From Acidobacteriota bacterium (GTDB lineage Bacteria > Acidobacteriota > UBA890 > WLXD01), in the NCBI GenBank assembly GCA_963666215.2, contig CAXWPL010000004.1, positions 704,001-768,000 on the forward strand: a DNA stretch of 64,000 bases, given 5' to 3'. The notes under the pieces are model-generated. The model was not told the origin of the DNA and made no database searches. It saw only the letters and a program-made list of their open reading frames with translations. Positions 51,331-64,000 of this stretch are shown one piece after another. Position 1 is the first letter of the stretch; the number at the start of each line of letters is the position of its first letter. A program made the position numbers and the translations under genes.

Positions 51331-52407
51331 CTATCGCCGCGGGCCGCGGCCGGAGTCGATCGGGATGACACTGACAGCCTTCAGAAAGCCTGTGCCCTCA
51401 CTTCGTGTGCTGACCTGCGGGTCGTCGGCGAGTGTGAGATGGACGATACGACGCTCATAGGAGTTGAGCGGCCGTGTTTGTTGGGGCCGCTCAGTTTGCT
51501 TGGCTTGGTGCGAAACCTGAAACGCCAAATCGCGAATCTCGTCTTCGCGCTGCGAGCGGAAATCACCGGCATCGACGCGGATCTTTGCCCGGCCTTGCGC
51601 CGGATGATGCCGGAAGGCGTGATTCAGAATGAGCTCGATCGCCGCCAGGCCGCGACCGCGTCCTTCGATCAGGTACTGATTGTCCTCGCCTGTAATCGCC
51701 ACCTGCAACAGATCGCCCTCGCTCTGCGTCGCAGCCTGACAATCGAATTCCATCGACTTGAAGATGGTCTCGAGGAGCGCGGAGACCTGGGTCTCGAGTT
51801 CCTCCGTGGCGCCATCCGGCTGCGCCACGCTCGCGTTCGGTGTTGGCCCCGCGGAATCCGCCAGGCCCTTTTCCTCGCCCTCTCCGACCGCGTCGTCCTC
51901 AGATACCGTCGCTTCTCTGTCTGAAGCGATCGAATCGCCAGACTCGACGTCAGCGCCGGGTGCCGGAAACTCCCAGTCGATCGCCGCTGAACCTTCTGCC
52001 TGCGAGGCTTCGGTGCTCGATTCGGCGGCGGACGGCGCAGCGCTCGCCGCTGCGGCGCCGGCCGCCACGATCTCTGAATCGGACGCTTCCGCCGCTTGCG
52101 CGCTGTCAGAGCTCGCCGAGGAAGCCCGGACGTCAGAGTCGGCGGCGGCCTCAGCCTCTGCCGACTCCGCTGCTGATTCTTCCGGTTCTTCCGGCGTGAG
52201 GACCACCGGCTCCGGCTCTGCATCGTCGGGCGCGCTGACTGCCTCTACCCAGGCCCGGATCGTGACGACGGACTCGCCGCCACCCCAGAAATCCTGCGCA
52301 GCCTCCTGTACCTCGTGCTGCAGCGAGCTCGGCTCGACATCGAACTCGGCTGCTGCCTTGTCGAGCGCCTCTTGCAGCGTCGAGCCTTCGAAGATCTTGT
52401 CATTCAT
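51331..52407 (-). CDS. khpB: RNA-binding protein Jag/KhpB (Jag_N, KH, R3H)
   Basis: FEGSTLQEAL N-domain, long acidic linker, LIEGRGRGL, NSYERRIVH; downstream of yidC. Confidence 0.9.
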   Translation of the reverse strand: MNDKIFEGSTLQEALDKAAAEFDVEPSSLQHEVQEAAQDFWGGGESVVTIRAWVEAVSAPDDAEPEPVVLTPEEPEESAAESAEAEAAADSDVRASSASSDSAQAAEASDSEIVAAGAAAASAAPSAAESSTEASQAEGSAAIDWEFPAPGADVESGDSIASDREATVSEDDAVGEGEEKGLADSAGPTPNASVAQPDGATEELETQVSALLETIFKSMEFDCQAATQSEGDLLQVAITGEDNQYLIEGRGRGLAAIELILNHAFRHHPAQGRAKIRVDAGDFRSQREDEIRDLAFQVSHQAKQTERPQQTRPLNSYERRIVHLTLADDPQVSTRSEGTGFLKAVSVIPIDSGRGPRR

Positions 52408-54166
52408 CTTGCTTGCCTTTCTTGCGCCGCTTGCCCTTTGGGGCCGGCTTGTCCGCGCTAACACGGCCGTCCACGTGCCGATTCGTGAATTGTTGTTGCA
52501 CGATTCCAAGGAGGTTGTTGACGAACCAGTACAAAACCAGTCCGCTCGCTGCGTAGAGGAAGAGCGCCGTGAACATGATCGGCATGAACTTCGTCATCAT
52601 CGCCTGCGTCGGATTGCCGCCGCTCGGCGTCGGTGACATCCGGCTCTGCGCCACCATCGCGCCGCCCATCAGCAGCGGCAGCACAAAATACGGGTCGTGC
52701 TGCGACAAGTCTTGAATCCAGCCGAAGAAAGGTGCGCCGCGGAGCTCGATCGCCACGGCCAGAAGCGCGTACATCGCCAGCAACAGCGGAAACTGCATCA
52801 GCATCGGCACGCAACCACCAACCGGCGAGACGCCTTCCTGCTTGTAGAGCGCCATCATTTCCTGCTGCATGCGCTGCTTTTTCTCGAGGTCCTTGCTGCC
52901 CTTGTATTTGTTCTGGATCGCCTGGACCTGCGGCTGAATCTTCTGCATTTTCCGCATCGACGTCATGAACTTGTGATTCAGCGGAAACAGCGCGATGCGC
53001 AGCACGAGCGTGAGCAGGATGATGGCGATCCCGTAGTTGCTGACGAAGCCGTGGATCAGGTTCAGCAACAGCAGGAGCGGGCGGGCCACGAAACCCCACA
53101 TGCCGAACCCGATCGCGGTTTGCAGACCATGTCCGTGCTCGCCGAGCACGGAGTAGCGCTTCGGGCCCAGGTAGATCGGTATCTCGAGGCCACCGGGCGG
53201 AACCTCCAAGGCGAGGCGGGCGCGCAGCGGCTCGGCCGGAACCTGGTCCTCGTCTGCCTCGGGCGGCGTTATATCGATGTGGTCGAGACGAAGGCTGACG
53301 GGCTGATTCGGCAGGAACGCGCTGAGAAAATAGCCGCTCTCCACGCCGGCCCATTCCACCAATCCTTGACGCGCCACAGGCTCCGCGAGATCGGCAGGCG
53401 TCAAGCGCTCGACGTCGCCGGTCACGGCGACAGCGGCACCCCTCACCAGATAAGCGTTTCGCCGGCCCGCGGTCACCGGCTCGTCGAGGCCCGGACCAAG
53501 CGCCACGAAAACCGGACCCCCGTCGGGAGCCTGGGCGCGCAGGAGCAAGCGAACCTCGAAGCCGCTTGCAGAGAACTCGAGAGTCTTTTCGATGGACCAA
53601 CCGTCCTGCTCCGCCCAGCGGTAGGCCAATGAGACCGGCGCCGTGGTCGACCTCTCGGTCTCGCCTGTGACGGCGCCCTCCTGGAAGAAGAGTGCGGCGT
53701 TGGCTCGCGCCGCCAACTGCGGGCGACCGGGCGTGACGATCTCGAGCGGTAGGTAGCCGGCATCGGCGACGCTCGCAGCAACCAGATCGAGCGGCACGCC
53801 CGCGGTCGCATTCTCGGGAATTACAAAAGAGCTCAGCCGCGCGCCAACGTTCGTGACAACTGCCGAATAGTCGCGCGATTCGACGATCGTCCGCACGCTA
53901 GTATCGGCCCCGATCGCCCCTGCTGGCGGGGGCTCCACACTCGCCGCCGGGGGAGTGGTGTCCAATGGCACGGCCCCTGACGCTGCTTCCGCGGGTCCGG
54001 GATCCGGCGACACCTGGTCGAACTGGCCCTCCGCGGCTGGAAGTGGTGGTGGCGGTGGCGGCTGGAAGAAGTACTGATACACGGTCAGCACGAGCATCGA
54101 CAGCACGATCGCGAGCAACGCCCGCACTTCCATCCGAGGCTCGTTGTCGCCCGGCAGATTACTCAT
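52400..54166 (-). CDS. yidC: Membrane protein insertase
   Basis: [45 protein letters not shown]. Confidence 0.97.
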   Translation of the reverse strand: MSNLPGDNEPRMEVRALLAIVLSMLVLTVYQYFFQPPPPPPLPAAEGQFDQVSPDPGPAEAASGAVPLDTTPPAASVEPPPAGAIGADTSVRTIVESRDYSAVVTNVGARLSSFVIPENATAGVPLDLVAASVADAGYLPLEIVTPGRPQLAARANAALFFQEGAVTGETERSTTAPVSLAYRWAEQDGWSIEKTLEFSASGFEVRLLLRAQAPDGGPVFVALGPGLDEPVTAGRRNAYLVRGAAVAVTGDVERLTPADLAEPVARQGLVEWAGVESGYFLSAFLPNQPVSLRLDHIDITPPEADEDQVPAEPLRARLALEVPPGGLEIPIYLGPKRYSVLGEHGHGLQTAIGFGMWGFVARPLLLLLNLIHGFVSNYGIAIILLTLVLRIALFPLNHKFMTSMRKMQKIQPQVQAIQNKYKGSKDLEKKQRMQQEMMALYKQEGVSPVGGCVPMLMQFPLLLAMYALLAVAIELRGAPFFGWIQDLSQHDPYFVLPLLMGGAMVAQSRMSPTPSGGNPTQAMMTKFMPIMFTALFLYAASGLVLYWFVNNLLGIVQQQFTNRHVDGRVSADKPAPKGKRRKKGKQDE

Positions 54167-54428
54167 GTTTGCTGTCGCCCCCACAACCGCCCACGTGGAC
54201 TCGAGGCACGGGGTCGAAGCCGGCGGCGCCCAGCGGATGGCAGCGCGAAAGCCGCCTTACCGCTAGCCAGAGTCCGTGCGCCGCGCCGTGTTCGCCCACG
54301 GCCTCGCGCGCGTACTGCGAACAGCCGGGCACGAAGCGGCACTGGCCACCGAGAAACGGTGAGAGCGCGGCCTGATAGCCAGCCAAGAGCCCGTCCACAA
54401 GAGCAACAGCCGGCGACCGACGTTTCAC
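54159..54428 (-). CDS. yidD: Membrane protein insertion efficiency factor
   Basis: [27 protein letters not shown]. Confidence 0.93.
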   Translation of the reverse strand: MKRRSPAVALVDGLLAGYQAALSPFLGGQCRFVPGCSQYAREAVGEHGAAHGLWLAVRRLSRCHPLGAAGFDPVPRVHVGGCGGDSKHE

Positions 54429-54793
54429 GACGCACGAGCCTCCACAAGAACTTCCCGGATTGTGCGCTCGAGCTCCGGAGCTAGCTGCTTCGGGCTCATT
54501 TCGAGTAACGATGGGCGCACCACCACCACGAAGTCGTAACCTCCGGGCAGTTGCTGCCGGAAGGTGCGGAAGGCCTCTTTGATCACCCGACGGGCTCGAT
54601 TTCTGACAGGGCTGTTGCCGATCTTGCGTGTTGCGGTAACGCCGAGCCTGGTCGTTTGAAGCTCGTTGCAACGAACGAAAAGGATGAAGGGGCGGCGGAC
54701 CACTTTGATGCCGTCGCGATAGGCCCCCTCGAAATCAGGCCTGCGACGCAGACGAGCGCTTCGCGGCAGCCGCAGACGCTCAGTGGACGCCAC
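54425..54793 (-). CDS. rnpA: RNase P protein
   Basis: [28 protein letters not shown] (RNR motif). Confidence 0.95.
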   Translation of the reverse strand: MASTERLRLPRSARLRRRPDFEGAYRDGIKVVRRPFILFVRCNELQTTRLGVTATRKIGNSPVRNRARRVIKEAFRTFRQQLPGGYDFVVVVRPSLLEMSPKQLAPELERTIREVLVEARAS

Positions 54794-54812
54794 TCTAGCG
54801 ACCGGGTGGCGA

Positions 54813-54950
54813 TCAGGAAGGAGCCAGGCTCTTGCGGCCCTTGCGACGACGTCTGCGGATCACCGCTCGGCCGGCCCGCGTTTTCATGCGAGCGCGGAAA
54901 CCGTGTACCTTGCGGCGACGCCGACGGTTCGGCTGGAATGTGCGTTTCAT
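54813..54950 (-). CDS. rpmH: 50S ribosomal protein L34 (absent from ORF track)
   Basis: Manual translation: [45 protein letters not shown]. Confidence 0.97.
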   Translation of the reverse strand: MKRTFQPNRRRRRKVHGFRARMKTRAGRAVIRRRRRKGRKSLAPS

Positions 54951-55048
54951 GGCTGGGACTGCGTGGGGGGCCGCACGTCGAGAGGGTGTCCGTCGAGTAG
55001 GGCGGCTCGGGGCGCAACGCGAGGGTAATCCTCGGCCACAAGCGATTG

Positions 55049-55077
55049 AAGTTATTGCTTTCTTCTTGAAACGTCAA
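55049..55077 (-). promoter_or_regulatory. Putative sigma70 promoter of the rpmH operon
   Basis: TTGACG-17 nt-TAACTT on the minus strand. Confidence 0.55.
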
Positions 55078-55136
55078 GTCGCGAAAACGGTCCCTGGCAG
55101 CCGGATCTCTGTTCATTAATGTTCAGCGCGGCGAGT

Positions 55137-55166
55137 TTGTCTGCCCTCAAAATGCCGTGCTATAGT
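55137..55166 (+). promoter_or_regulatory. Putative sigma70 promoter of dnaA
   Basis: TTGTCT-18 nt-TATAGT with an extended TGn. Confidence 0.6.
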
Positions 55167-55231
55167 CCGCCAGCTCACGGCAACACCGCCTCGCCTCGGT
55201 CGACGTGCCGCTGACAGCAAGCAGCGTAACT

Positions 55232-55288
55232 GCTTCCACACGCTGCACTTACAGTGTTTTCAATAACTGTGGAAACTCTTGTGGAAAA
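55232..55288. promoter_or_regulatory. DnaA boxes in the dnaA leader
   Basis: GCTTCCACA 55232-55240, TGTGGAAAC 55268-55276, TGTGGAAAA 55280-55288. Confidence 0.75.
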
Positions 55289-55386
55289 CCTCCCGGGTGG
55301 AGTGCGTCTTCGATTGAGTTGCCTCGTCTCCAGCCGTTAAGCAAGAACACTCGCAAAGCCGCATCAGCGCAAGGACAACGACCGTA

Positions 55387-56748
55387 ATGGACCTCTGGGG
55401 GCGCACCCTCGAGCGCATCGCTTCGACCCTCGATGGACAGACCTACGAGACCTGGTTTGGCCCCACCGCGATGGCCAGCTGCAGCGATGGAACGTTGCTG
55501 GTGGGGGTGCCGAACAACCTTTTCCGCGATTGGCTTTCTGAGAACTACGGGCAGCTCATCCGCGACTGTCTCGAGCAAGAGACCACGCAACCTCTGTGTG
55601 TGGAGTTCATCGTTGCTCGCCGGGCAGCTTCCGCACCGAGTGTCCGTGACGACGAGAACCAGATACCGAGCAAGCTCGCGCCACCGCTGCTACAGCCCTC
55701 TAGCGTGCCCGCGCCGCGCCCGTGCCCGCCGACCTTCAACCCCGGGTACACGTTTTCCAGCTTCGTGGTCGGAACCTCGAATCAGCTCGCTCACGCCGCC
55801 GCCCGAGCGGTCGCCGAGAGCCCTTCAAAGGCCTACAACCCGCTGTTTCTCTATGGTGGCGTAGGTCTCGGAAAAACTCACCTGATGCTCGCGATTGGGC
55901 AGCACATCCGCGAGCAGTGGCCCGATCTGAGGATTGTCTACCTCTCCTCAGAGCGCTTCATGAACGAGTTGATCAACTCGATCCGCTACGACCGAACTCA
56001 TGAATTCCGCGATCGCTATCGGAACATCGACGTCCTCTTGATGGACGATATCCAGTTCCTGGCCGGCAAGGAACGAACCCAGGAGGAGTTCTTCCACACC
56101 TTCAACGCTCTACACGAGTCTCAGCGCCAGATCGTCGTCACCAGTGACGCGCCTCCTCACGCGATCCCTACACTCGAAGAACGGCTGCTCTCGCGATTCC
56201 AGTGGGGTCTGCTGGCCGACATCCAAGCGCCCGATCTGGAAACCAAGATCGCAATCCTCAAGAAAAAGGCGGCGGCGAAAGCTCCTTCCCTGCATCTTTC
56301 GGACGACGTTCTTCTTTTCGTCGCCAACGGCAGCCAGAACAACATCAGAGAGCTCGAAGGAGCCCTCATCCGGCTGATCGCCTACGGCTCACTCGAGAAT
56401 CGCGAGCTCACCCTCGAGATGGCCAAACACGTGCTTCGCGACACCCTTCGCGCGCACGAGCGCGCAGTTACCATCGAGGACATCCAGCGACGTGTCACCG
56501 AGTACTATGGGCTCCGCCCAGGCGAGCTGAGCACGCGAACGAACGCGAGGCGAATCACTCACCCGAGGCAGGTAGCAATGTACTTGTCTCGGCAGCTAAC
56601 GGGCCATTCAACCACGGAAATAGGGCGCGCCTTCGGAGGAAAGCACCACACGACAGTTCTGCACTCTCTCAAGAAGATCGAGCGCAACATCTCTCTCGAC
56701 GCCGAGCTCCAGCGGGGGATCAATACGCTTCGTGACGCCCTTCTCTAA
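55387..56748 (+). CDS. dnaA: Replication initiator DnaA
   Basis: YNPLFLYGGVGLGKTHL, DDIQFLAGK..TQEEFFHTFN, NIRELEGAL, GGKHHTTV. Confidence 0.99.
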   Translation: MDLWGRTLERIASTLDGQTYETWFGPTAMASCSDGTLLVGVPNNLFRDWLSENYGQLIRDCLEQETTQPLCVEFIVARRAASAPSVRDDENQIPSKLAPPLLQPSSVPAPRPCPPTFNPGYTFSSFVVGTSNQLAHAAARAVAESPSKAYNPLFLYGGVGLGKTHLMLAIGQHIREQWPDLRIVYLSSERFMNELINSIRYDRTHEFRDRYRNIDVLLMDDIQFLAGKERTQEEFFHTFNALHESQRQIVVTSDAPPHAIPTLEERLLSRFQWGLLADIQAPDLETKIAILKKKAAAKAPSLHLSDDVLLFVANGSQNNIRELEGALIRLIAYGSLENRELTLEMAKHVLRDTLRAHERAVTIEDIQRRVTEYYGLRPGELSTRTNARRITHPRQVAMYLSRQLTGHSTTEIGRAFGGKHHTTVLHSLKKIERNISLDAELQRGINTLRDALL

Positions 56749-56987
56749 CCGGTGAATATCGAGTTGAAAACCCGCGATCCCTTTGTGGGATTCTCGGCGT
56801 TCACGAGCGTTCAGCAAAAACCTTATACGTAGCGAGTCTCTTATTAACAACGAAATCAACAAGTCGCATAAGAGTCTAACGTAGCCAAAACGCGATTTTG
56901 ACGGCAAACGACGAGTTTTGATAGGTTTCAACAGTCCTACTACGGAACCTATTCAATAACTCATTGATTGAAGAGGAGTAGGTATAA
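56749..56987. other. Putative oriC unwinding region (dnaA-dnaN intergenic)
   Basis: Most AT-rich stretch in the window. Degenerate boxes TTATTAACA (56841) and GTTTCAACA (56925), the latter followed by GTC-CTACTAC (DnaA-trio-like). Gene orientation diverges around dnaA. Confidence 0.75.
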
Positions 56988-58094
56988 ATGAAGTTCTCCG
57001 TGAAAAAGGAGAACCTCGAGAGCGAACTGCAGTTTCTGCAAGGTATTGCCGAACGTAAGAAGACAATACCTATCCTCTCGCACATCCTCGTCGAGGCAGA
57101 AAACAGCCAGATCAAACTGTCGGGGACCGATCTCGAGGTCAGCTTGACTACCCGATGTTCCGCGAGCGTCGAAGACGCTGGCGGCGTGACCGTGAGCTCG
57201 AAGAAGTTGTTCGAGGTGGTTCGCTCTCTTCCCTCGGGAGACGTTGAAATGTCCTCCGCCTCGGGCGAGTGGTTGGAGGTTCGAAGTGGCGGCGCGTACT
57301 TTCGCCTCGTTTCGCTGCCGGTGAACGACTTTCCCGAAATCCCACAGTTCGACTTCGGATCGGCCACGGAAATCTCGCAGGAAATTTTCCGGGAAATGAT
57401 TCGCCGCACGCTGTTCGCGGTGACCAAAGAAGATGTGCGGTACTCGCTCAACGGCGCGCTACTCGAGATCGGCGACGGAGTGCTTCGCATGGTCGCTACC
57501 GACGCGCACCGGCTTGCACTGGTTGAGGTCAAAGATGCCGACGCGGGAACCAAGGAGAGCGTTCGCGCGATCATCCCCAAGAAGGCGCTATCGGAGCTCA
57601 GAAACCTTTCCGGCGACGAAGCGATGCTCTTCGGTCAGGACGAGCATCATTTGCACTTCAAGCTCGGCGATCGCGTTCTTTCGACCCGCGTCATCGAAGG
57701 GCAGTTCCCGGCGTACGAGAAGGTGCTTCCGAGCGACAATCCGAGTCGTGTAAAGGCGAGCGTCGAGCAGCTTGGAGGAGCGCTGAGGCGCGTGAGCCTG
57801 CTTGCCAGCGAGCGCTCGAGGGCCGTGAAGTTTACCTTCAACTCAGGGGTTCTTTCTGTGGCTTCCAGCAACCCAGAGCTCGGCGAAGCCCAGGAGTCCG
57901 TGCCGGTTGAGTATGAGGGAGACGAGCTCACGATCAGCTTCAACGCGCAGTACGTTTTGGATTTTCTAGGGGTCGTTACGGGCACCGATATCGAGCTTCA
58001 TCTGCGCGACGACACGAGCCAAGGAATGATGGTTCCGATCGAGGACGACGCCAGCGTCGACTACAGGTACGTCATCATGCCGATGCGTCTCTAG
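56988..58094 (+). CDS. dnaN: DNA polymerase III beta clamp
   Basis: TIPILSH, GTDLEV, LNGAL, VATDAHRL, IEGQFPAY, VIMPMRL. Confidence 0.98.
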   Translation: MKFSVKKENLESELQFLQGIAERKKTIPILSHILVEAENSQIKLSGTDLEVSLTTRCSASVEDAGGVTVSSKKLFEVVRSLPSGDVEMSSASGEWLEVRSGGAYFRLVSLPVNDFPEIPQFDFGSATEISQEIFREMIRRTLFAVTKEDVRYSLNGALLEIGDGVLRMVATDAHRLALVEVKDADAGTKESVRAIIPKKALSELRNLSGDEAMLFGQDEHHLHFKLGDRVLSTRVIEGQFPAYEKVLPSDNPSRVKASVEQLGGALRRVSLLASERSRAVKFTFNSGVLSVASSNPELGEAQESVPVEYEGDELTISFNAQYVLDFLGVVTGTDIELHLRDDTSQGMMVPIEDDASVDYRYVIMPMRL

Positions 58095-58156
58095 GACGTG
58101 TTTCTAAGTCACTTGTTATCAACAGTTTAGACGGACCTCTGACAACTCACATCGGC

Positions 58157-58185
58157 TAGTCAACCGCGTCTCCTAGGGGTATAAT
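58157..58185 (+). promoter_or_regulatory. Putative sigma70 promoter upstream of gyrB
   Basis: TAGTCA-17 nt-TATAAT. A DnaA-box-like TTATCAACA lies at 58116-58124. Confidence 0.6.
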
Positions 58186-58316
58186 CACGAATCAGCGCGG
58201 GGACTCTCTGGGGCGGGCTTAAGGGTCTCGGCTGGGGCAGTGGTAATGGGGGCCTCATCTGGTTCCGTAGAGGCGGTAATAACCGACCGCCGGAAAGCCT
58301 CCTTACCCTCGGCTAG

Positions 58317-60905
<2,589 letters not shown>

Positions 60906-60907
60906 AT

Positions 60908-63340
60908 ATGGACGTCATCGAGCACAAGATTCCGGTATCGCTGGAGGAGGAGGTCAAGCGCTCCTACCTCGACTACGCGATGAGCGTCATTGTGGGGCGT
61001 GCGCTGCCCGATGTGCGCGATGGCCTCAAGCCGGTTCATCGCCGCGTGCTCTACGCGATGCAGCAGCTCGCCAGCGGTTGGAACCAGCCTTACAAGAAGA
61101 GCGCTCGCATCGTTGGCGACGTTATTGGTAAGTACCACCCGCACGGCGAGCAGGCGGTGTACGACACCATCGTGAGGTTGGCGCAGGACTTCTCGATGCG
61201 GCACCTCCTGGTTGACGGCCAGGGCAACTTCGGTTCGCTCGATGGCGATCCGCCAGCGGCAATGCGCTACACAGAAGCGCGCATGACGCGTCTTGCTGGC
61301 GAGCTTCTGGCAGACATCGACAAAGAAACCGTCGACTTCAGCCCGAACTACGACGAATCGCTCGAAGAGCCCCGCGTACTGCCGGCGAAGTTCCCGAACC
61401 TCTTGGTGAACGGCTCAGAGGGCATCGCCGTTGGCATGGCCACGAAGATCCCGCCGCACAACCTGGGCGAGATCATCGACGCCACGGTCGCGCTCATCAA
61501 CGATCCCGACATCGACGTCGCCGGCCTGATGGAACACGTGTCGGGGCCCGACTTTCCCACCGCCGGCATCATCTACGGCACCGCGGGCATCCGCTCGGCG
61601 TACGAAACCGGGCGCGGCATCATCCGGGTTCGTGCTCGGGCCGAGATCGAGCGCACCGAGCGTCGTGGAATCCGCGATCGCGTTGTCATTACCGAGGTTC
61701 CGTATCAGGCCAACAAAGCCCGCCTGATCGAGCAGATCGCGACCCTGGTGCGCGCCAAGAAGCTCGAGGGCGTCGCCGATATCCGCGACGAGTCGTCGCG
61801 CGAGGGCGTACGCGTGGTCATCGAGCTGCGCGCTGGCGAAGAGCCCGACGTCGTCCTCAACAATCTATACAAACAGACGGCAATGTCGGGCTCCTTCGGC
61901 ATCATCATGCTCGCCATCGAGGATGGCGCGCCGAAGGTGATGACGCTCAAGGAAATGCTCGTCGCCTTCGTCGGGCATCGCCGCGAGGTCATCACTCGCC
62001 GCGTTCTGTACGAGCTCAAGAAGGCCGAGGCGCGCGCCCACATCCTCGAGGGGCTCAAGATCGCCCTCGATCATCTCGACGAGATCATCACGCTCATCCG
62101 CAACTCGGCCAACGCCGAGGTCGCGCGCGAGCAGATGATGAAGCGCTTCGGTATGTCCCAGGTCCAGGCGCAGGCCGTTCTCGACATGCGGCTGCACCGC
62201 CTAACAGGCCTCGAGCGCCAGAAGATCGCCGACGACCTCAATGAAACGCGCGCCCTTATCGAAAACCTCGAGGACATCCTCGCGTCCGAGCGCCGCGTGC
62301 TCGACATCATCGTCGAGGAGCTTGGCGAGATTCGCGACGGCTTTGCCAACCCCCGGCGCACCGAGATTGTCCAGCACGCTCACGACTTCACCGTCGAAGA
62401 CCTGATCGCCGAAGAGGAAATGGTGGTCACCTGCAGCCATGCCGACTACGTCAAGCGCACGCCGCTGTCGCTGTACCGACAGCAACGGCGCGGCGGCAAG
62501 GGTCGCATTGGCGCGGTGACCAAAGAGGGCGACTTCGTCGAGCACATGTTCGTCGCTTCGACGCACGCCTACATCATGGTCTTCACCTCGAAGGGCATGG
62601 CGCACTGGCTCAAGGTCTACAACCTGCCGCAAACCGGCCCCGCGTCGCGCGGCAAAGCTATTGTCAACCTGCTACCGCGGCTCGACAAAGACGAGAAAGT
62701 GGCCGCGATCATGCCGGTGGACATGTTCGACGACGACCGCTTCATCGTCTTCGCCACCCGTCATGGGCTCGTCAAGAAAACGCCGCTCTCGGCGTTCTCC
62801 CACCCGAAGGTCACCGGCATTATCGCGATGAAGCTCCGCGATGACGACGAGCTGCTTGCCGCCAAGCTCACCGACGGCACCCAGGACGTCTTCCTCGGGA
62901 CCTACACCGGGAAATCGATCCGCTTCCCCGAGGCCCAGTGCCGACCGATGGGCCGCGACACCATGGGCGTCAAGGGCATCGCGCTCAGCGACGACAATCA
63001 CGTCGTCGGCATGGAGGTCCTGCGCGACGCCGGCACCATTCTCACGGTTACCGAGAACGGCTTCGGCAAGCGCACCGAGGTCACGGCCTACAGGGCGCAG
63101 GGCCGCGGCGGCATGGGCCTGATCGACATCAAAACATCCAAGCGCAACGGCAACGTCGTTGGCCAGAAACTCGTGGTCGACGACGACGACATCATGATCA
63201 TCACCATCGGCGGCAAGCTCATCCGATCGCCAGCCTCCGACATCAAGGTCCAGGGCCGCAACACGCAGGGCGTCACGGTGATCGACCTCGGTGGCAGCGA
63301 CCGCGTGGTCGCGATCGCGCGTCTGGCGGATCAGGGCTAA
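60908..63340 (+). CDS. gyrA: DNA gyrase subunit A
   Basis: [22 protein letters not shown], GyrA-box QRRGGKG. Confidence 0.99.
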   Translation: MDVIEHKIPVSLEEEVKRSYLDYAMSVIVGRALPDVRDGLKPVHRRVLYAMQQLASGWNQPYKKSARIVGDVIGKYHPHGEQAVYDTIVRLAQDFSMRHLLVDGQGNFGSLDGDPPAAMRYTEARMTRLAGELLADIDKETVDFSPNYDESLEEPRVLPAKFPNLLVNGSEGIAVGMATKIPPHNLGEIIDATVALINDPDIDVAGLMEHVSGPDFPTAGIIYGTAGIRSAYETGRGIIRVRARAEIERTERRGIRDRVVITEVPYQANKARLIEQIATLVRAKKLEGVADIRDESSREGVRVVIELRAGEEPDVVLNNLYKQTAMSGSFGIIMLAIEDGAPKVMTLKEMLVAFVGHRREVITRRVLYELKKAEARAHILEGLKIALDHLDEIITLIRNSANAEVAREQMMKRFGMSQVQAQAVLDMRLHRLTGLERQKIADDLNETRALIENLEDILASERRVLDIIVEELGEIRDGFANPRRTEIVQHAHDFTVEDLIAEEEMVVTCSHADYVKRTPLSLYRQQRRGGKGRIGAVTKEGDFVEHMFVASTHAYIMVFTSKGMAHWLKVYNLPQTGPASRGKAIVNLLPRLDKDEKVAAIMPVDMFDDDRFIVFATRHGLVKKTPLSAFSHPKVTGIIAMKLRDDDELLAAKLTDGTQDVFLGTYTGKSIRFPEAQCRPMGRDTMGVKGIALSDDNHVVGMEVLRDAGTILTVTENGFGKRTEVTAYRAQGRGGMGLIDIKTSKRNGNVVGQKLVVDDDDIMIITIGGKLIRSPASDIKVQGRNTQGVTVIDLGGSDRVVAIARLADQG

Positions 63341-63444
63341 GCGCGCGCCCGCAAGGGCGGGTGGTTGTGAAGTATCGGGTGGTTAATGGCAGGGTGGAGA
63401 GGGGCGAGGGGCAGCGGGCCCCCAACCCACCCAGAAAACACAGG

Positions 63445-63999
63445 CTAGGAGGGCGGCGCGGAGAGACCCTCGAGCTTGGCGAAGCGCGCCAAGAGTTCCT
63501 TGATGCCGGCCCGCGGGAAATCGACGGTGAGCTTGAGCCGTTCACCGGATCCCTTGGTCTCGGTGATGCGCCCGGGGCCGAACTTGGGGTGGAATACCGG
63601 TTTGCCGGACGTCAGCTCGGCAGCTTCGAGCGCGATCCCCGTGCCGCGGGCGTTGGCCGGCACGGGTGCTGTGATTCGCGGTGGTCTGCGGCCACGTGCG
63701 GGGCGCCGCGGAGCGCTTGCGGCCGTGCGAGCCGAGGAGCTACGGAACCCGCCACGACCGCGTGTCGATCGTTCCGCGCTGCGAGCGGCGAACCCAGGTT
63801 CCTCGCGATATTCGACCAGCCGCGAATCGATTTCGCGCAGGAACCGGGAGGGCTCCTGGAGACGTTCAAGACCGTGAATTCGCCGCAGCCGCGCGGTTGA
63901 AAGAAACAGGCCTCTGCGAGCACGCGTCATGGCTACGTAGGCCAGGCGGCGCTCCTCTTCGACCTGCCCCTCCTGAACCGAGCGGCCGTTGGGGAACAG
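63445..63999 (-). CDS. pcrA: PcrA/UvrD helicase, 3' part (runs off window)
   Basis: EEERRLAYVAMTRA (motif VI), PSRFLREI, Tudor-like VFHPKFGPGRI. Confidence 0.93.
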   Translation of the reverse strand: MFPNGRSVQEGQVEEERRLAYVAMTRARRGLFLSTARLRRIHGLERLQEPSRFLREIDSRLVEYREEPGFAARSAERSTRGRGGFRSSSARTAASAPRRPARGRRPPRITAPVPANARGTGIALEAAELTSGKPVFHPKFGPGRITETKGSGERLKLTVDFPRAGIKELLARFAKLEGLSAPPS

Positions 64000-64000
64000 C

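Noticed and set aside
63346-63360. GCCC-GCAA-GGGC hairpin between convergent gyrA and pcrA
   Set aside because: Short stem with no U-tract; insufficient to call a terminator.

Overview
GC-rich bacterial chromosome segment that contains the replication origin. It is most likely Acidobacteriota, inferred from the DnaA GGKHHTTV signature, the split atp operon and the mfd-surA adjacency. Left part: a truncated Fn3 lipoprotein with an LptM/YifL-like N-terminus, then a DapF with both catalytic Cys replaced by Ser, then four envelope/cofactor genes. A ~17 kb surface-glycan cluster follows (7 GT4-like, 2 GT2, a GT-C membrane enzyme, a coiled-coil methyltransferase, Ugd). Its Wzm/Wzt exporter is separated from it by uvrA, rsmI, two lipoproteins, a surA-like gene and mfd. 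Right part: a solute-binding protein, atpF'FHAGDC, a decayed cation/H+ antiporter, bactofilin-parB-parA, two parS sites, rsmG-jag-yidC-yidD-rnpA-rpmH, dnaA-oriC-dnaN-gyrB-gyrA and the 3' end of pcrA/uvrD. I saw no rRNA, tRNA, CRISPR or mobile element. The most notable observations are: (1) a lipoprotein fusing a PCYCGC-type Cys/His domain, a c-type heme domain and a degenerate second PCYCGC repeat; (2) the Ser/Ser DapF; (3) a large insertion in ATP synthase gamma; (4) a DnaA-box cluster upstream of wzm; (5) a 9-bp VNTR in the Wzt linker; (6) a bactofilin translationally coupled to parB. All calls come from motif recognition by eye; no database searches were run.
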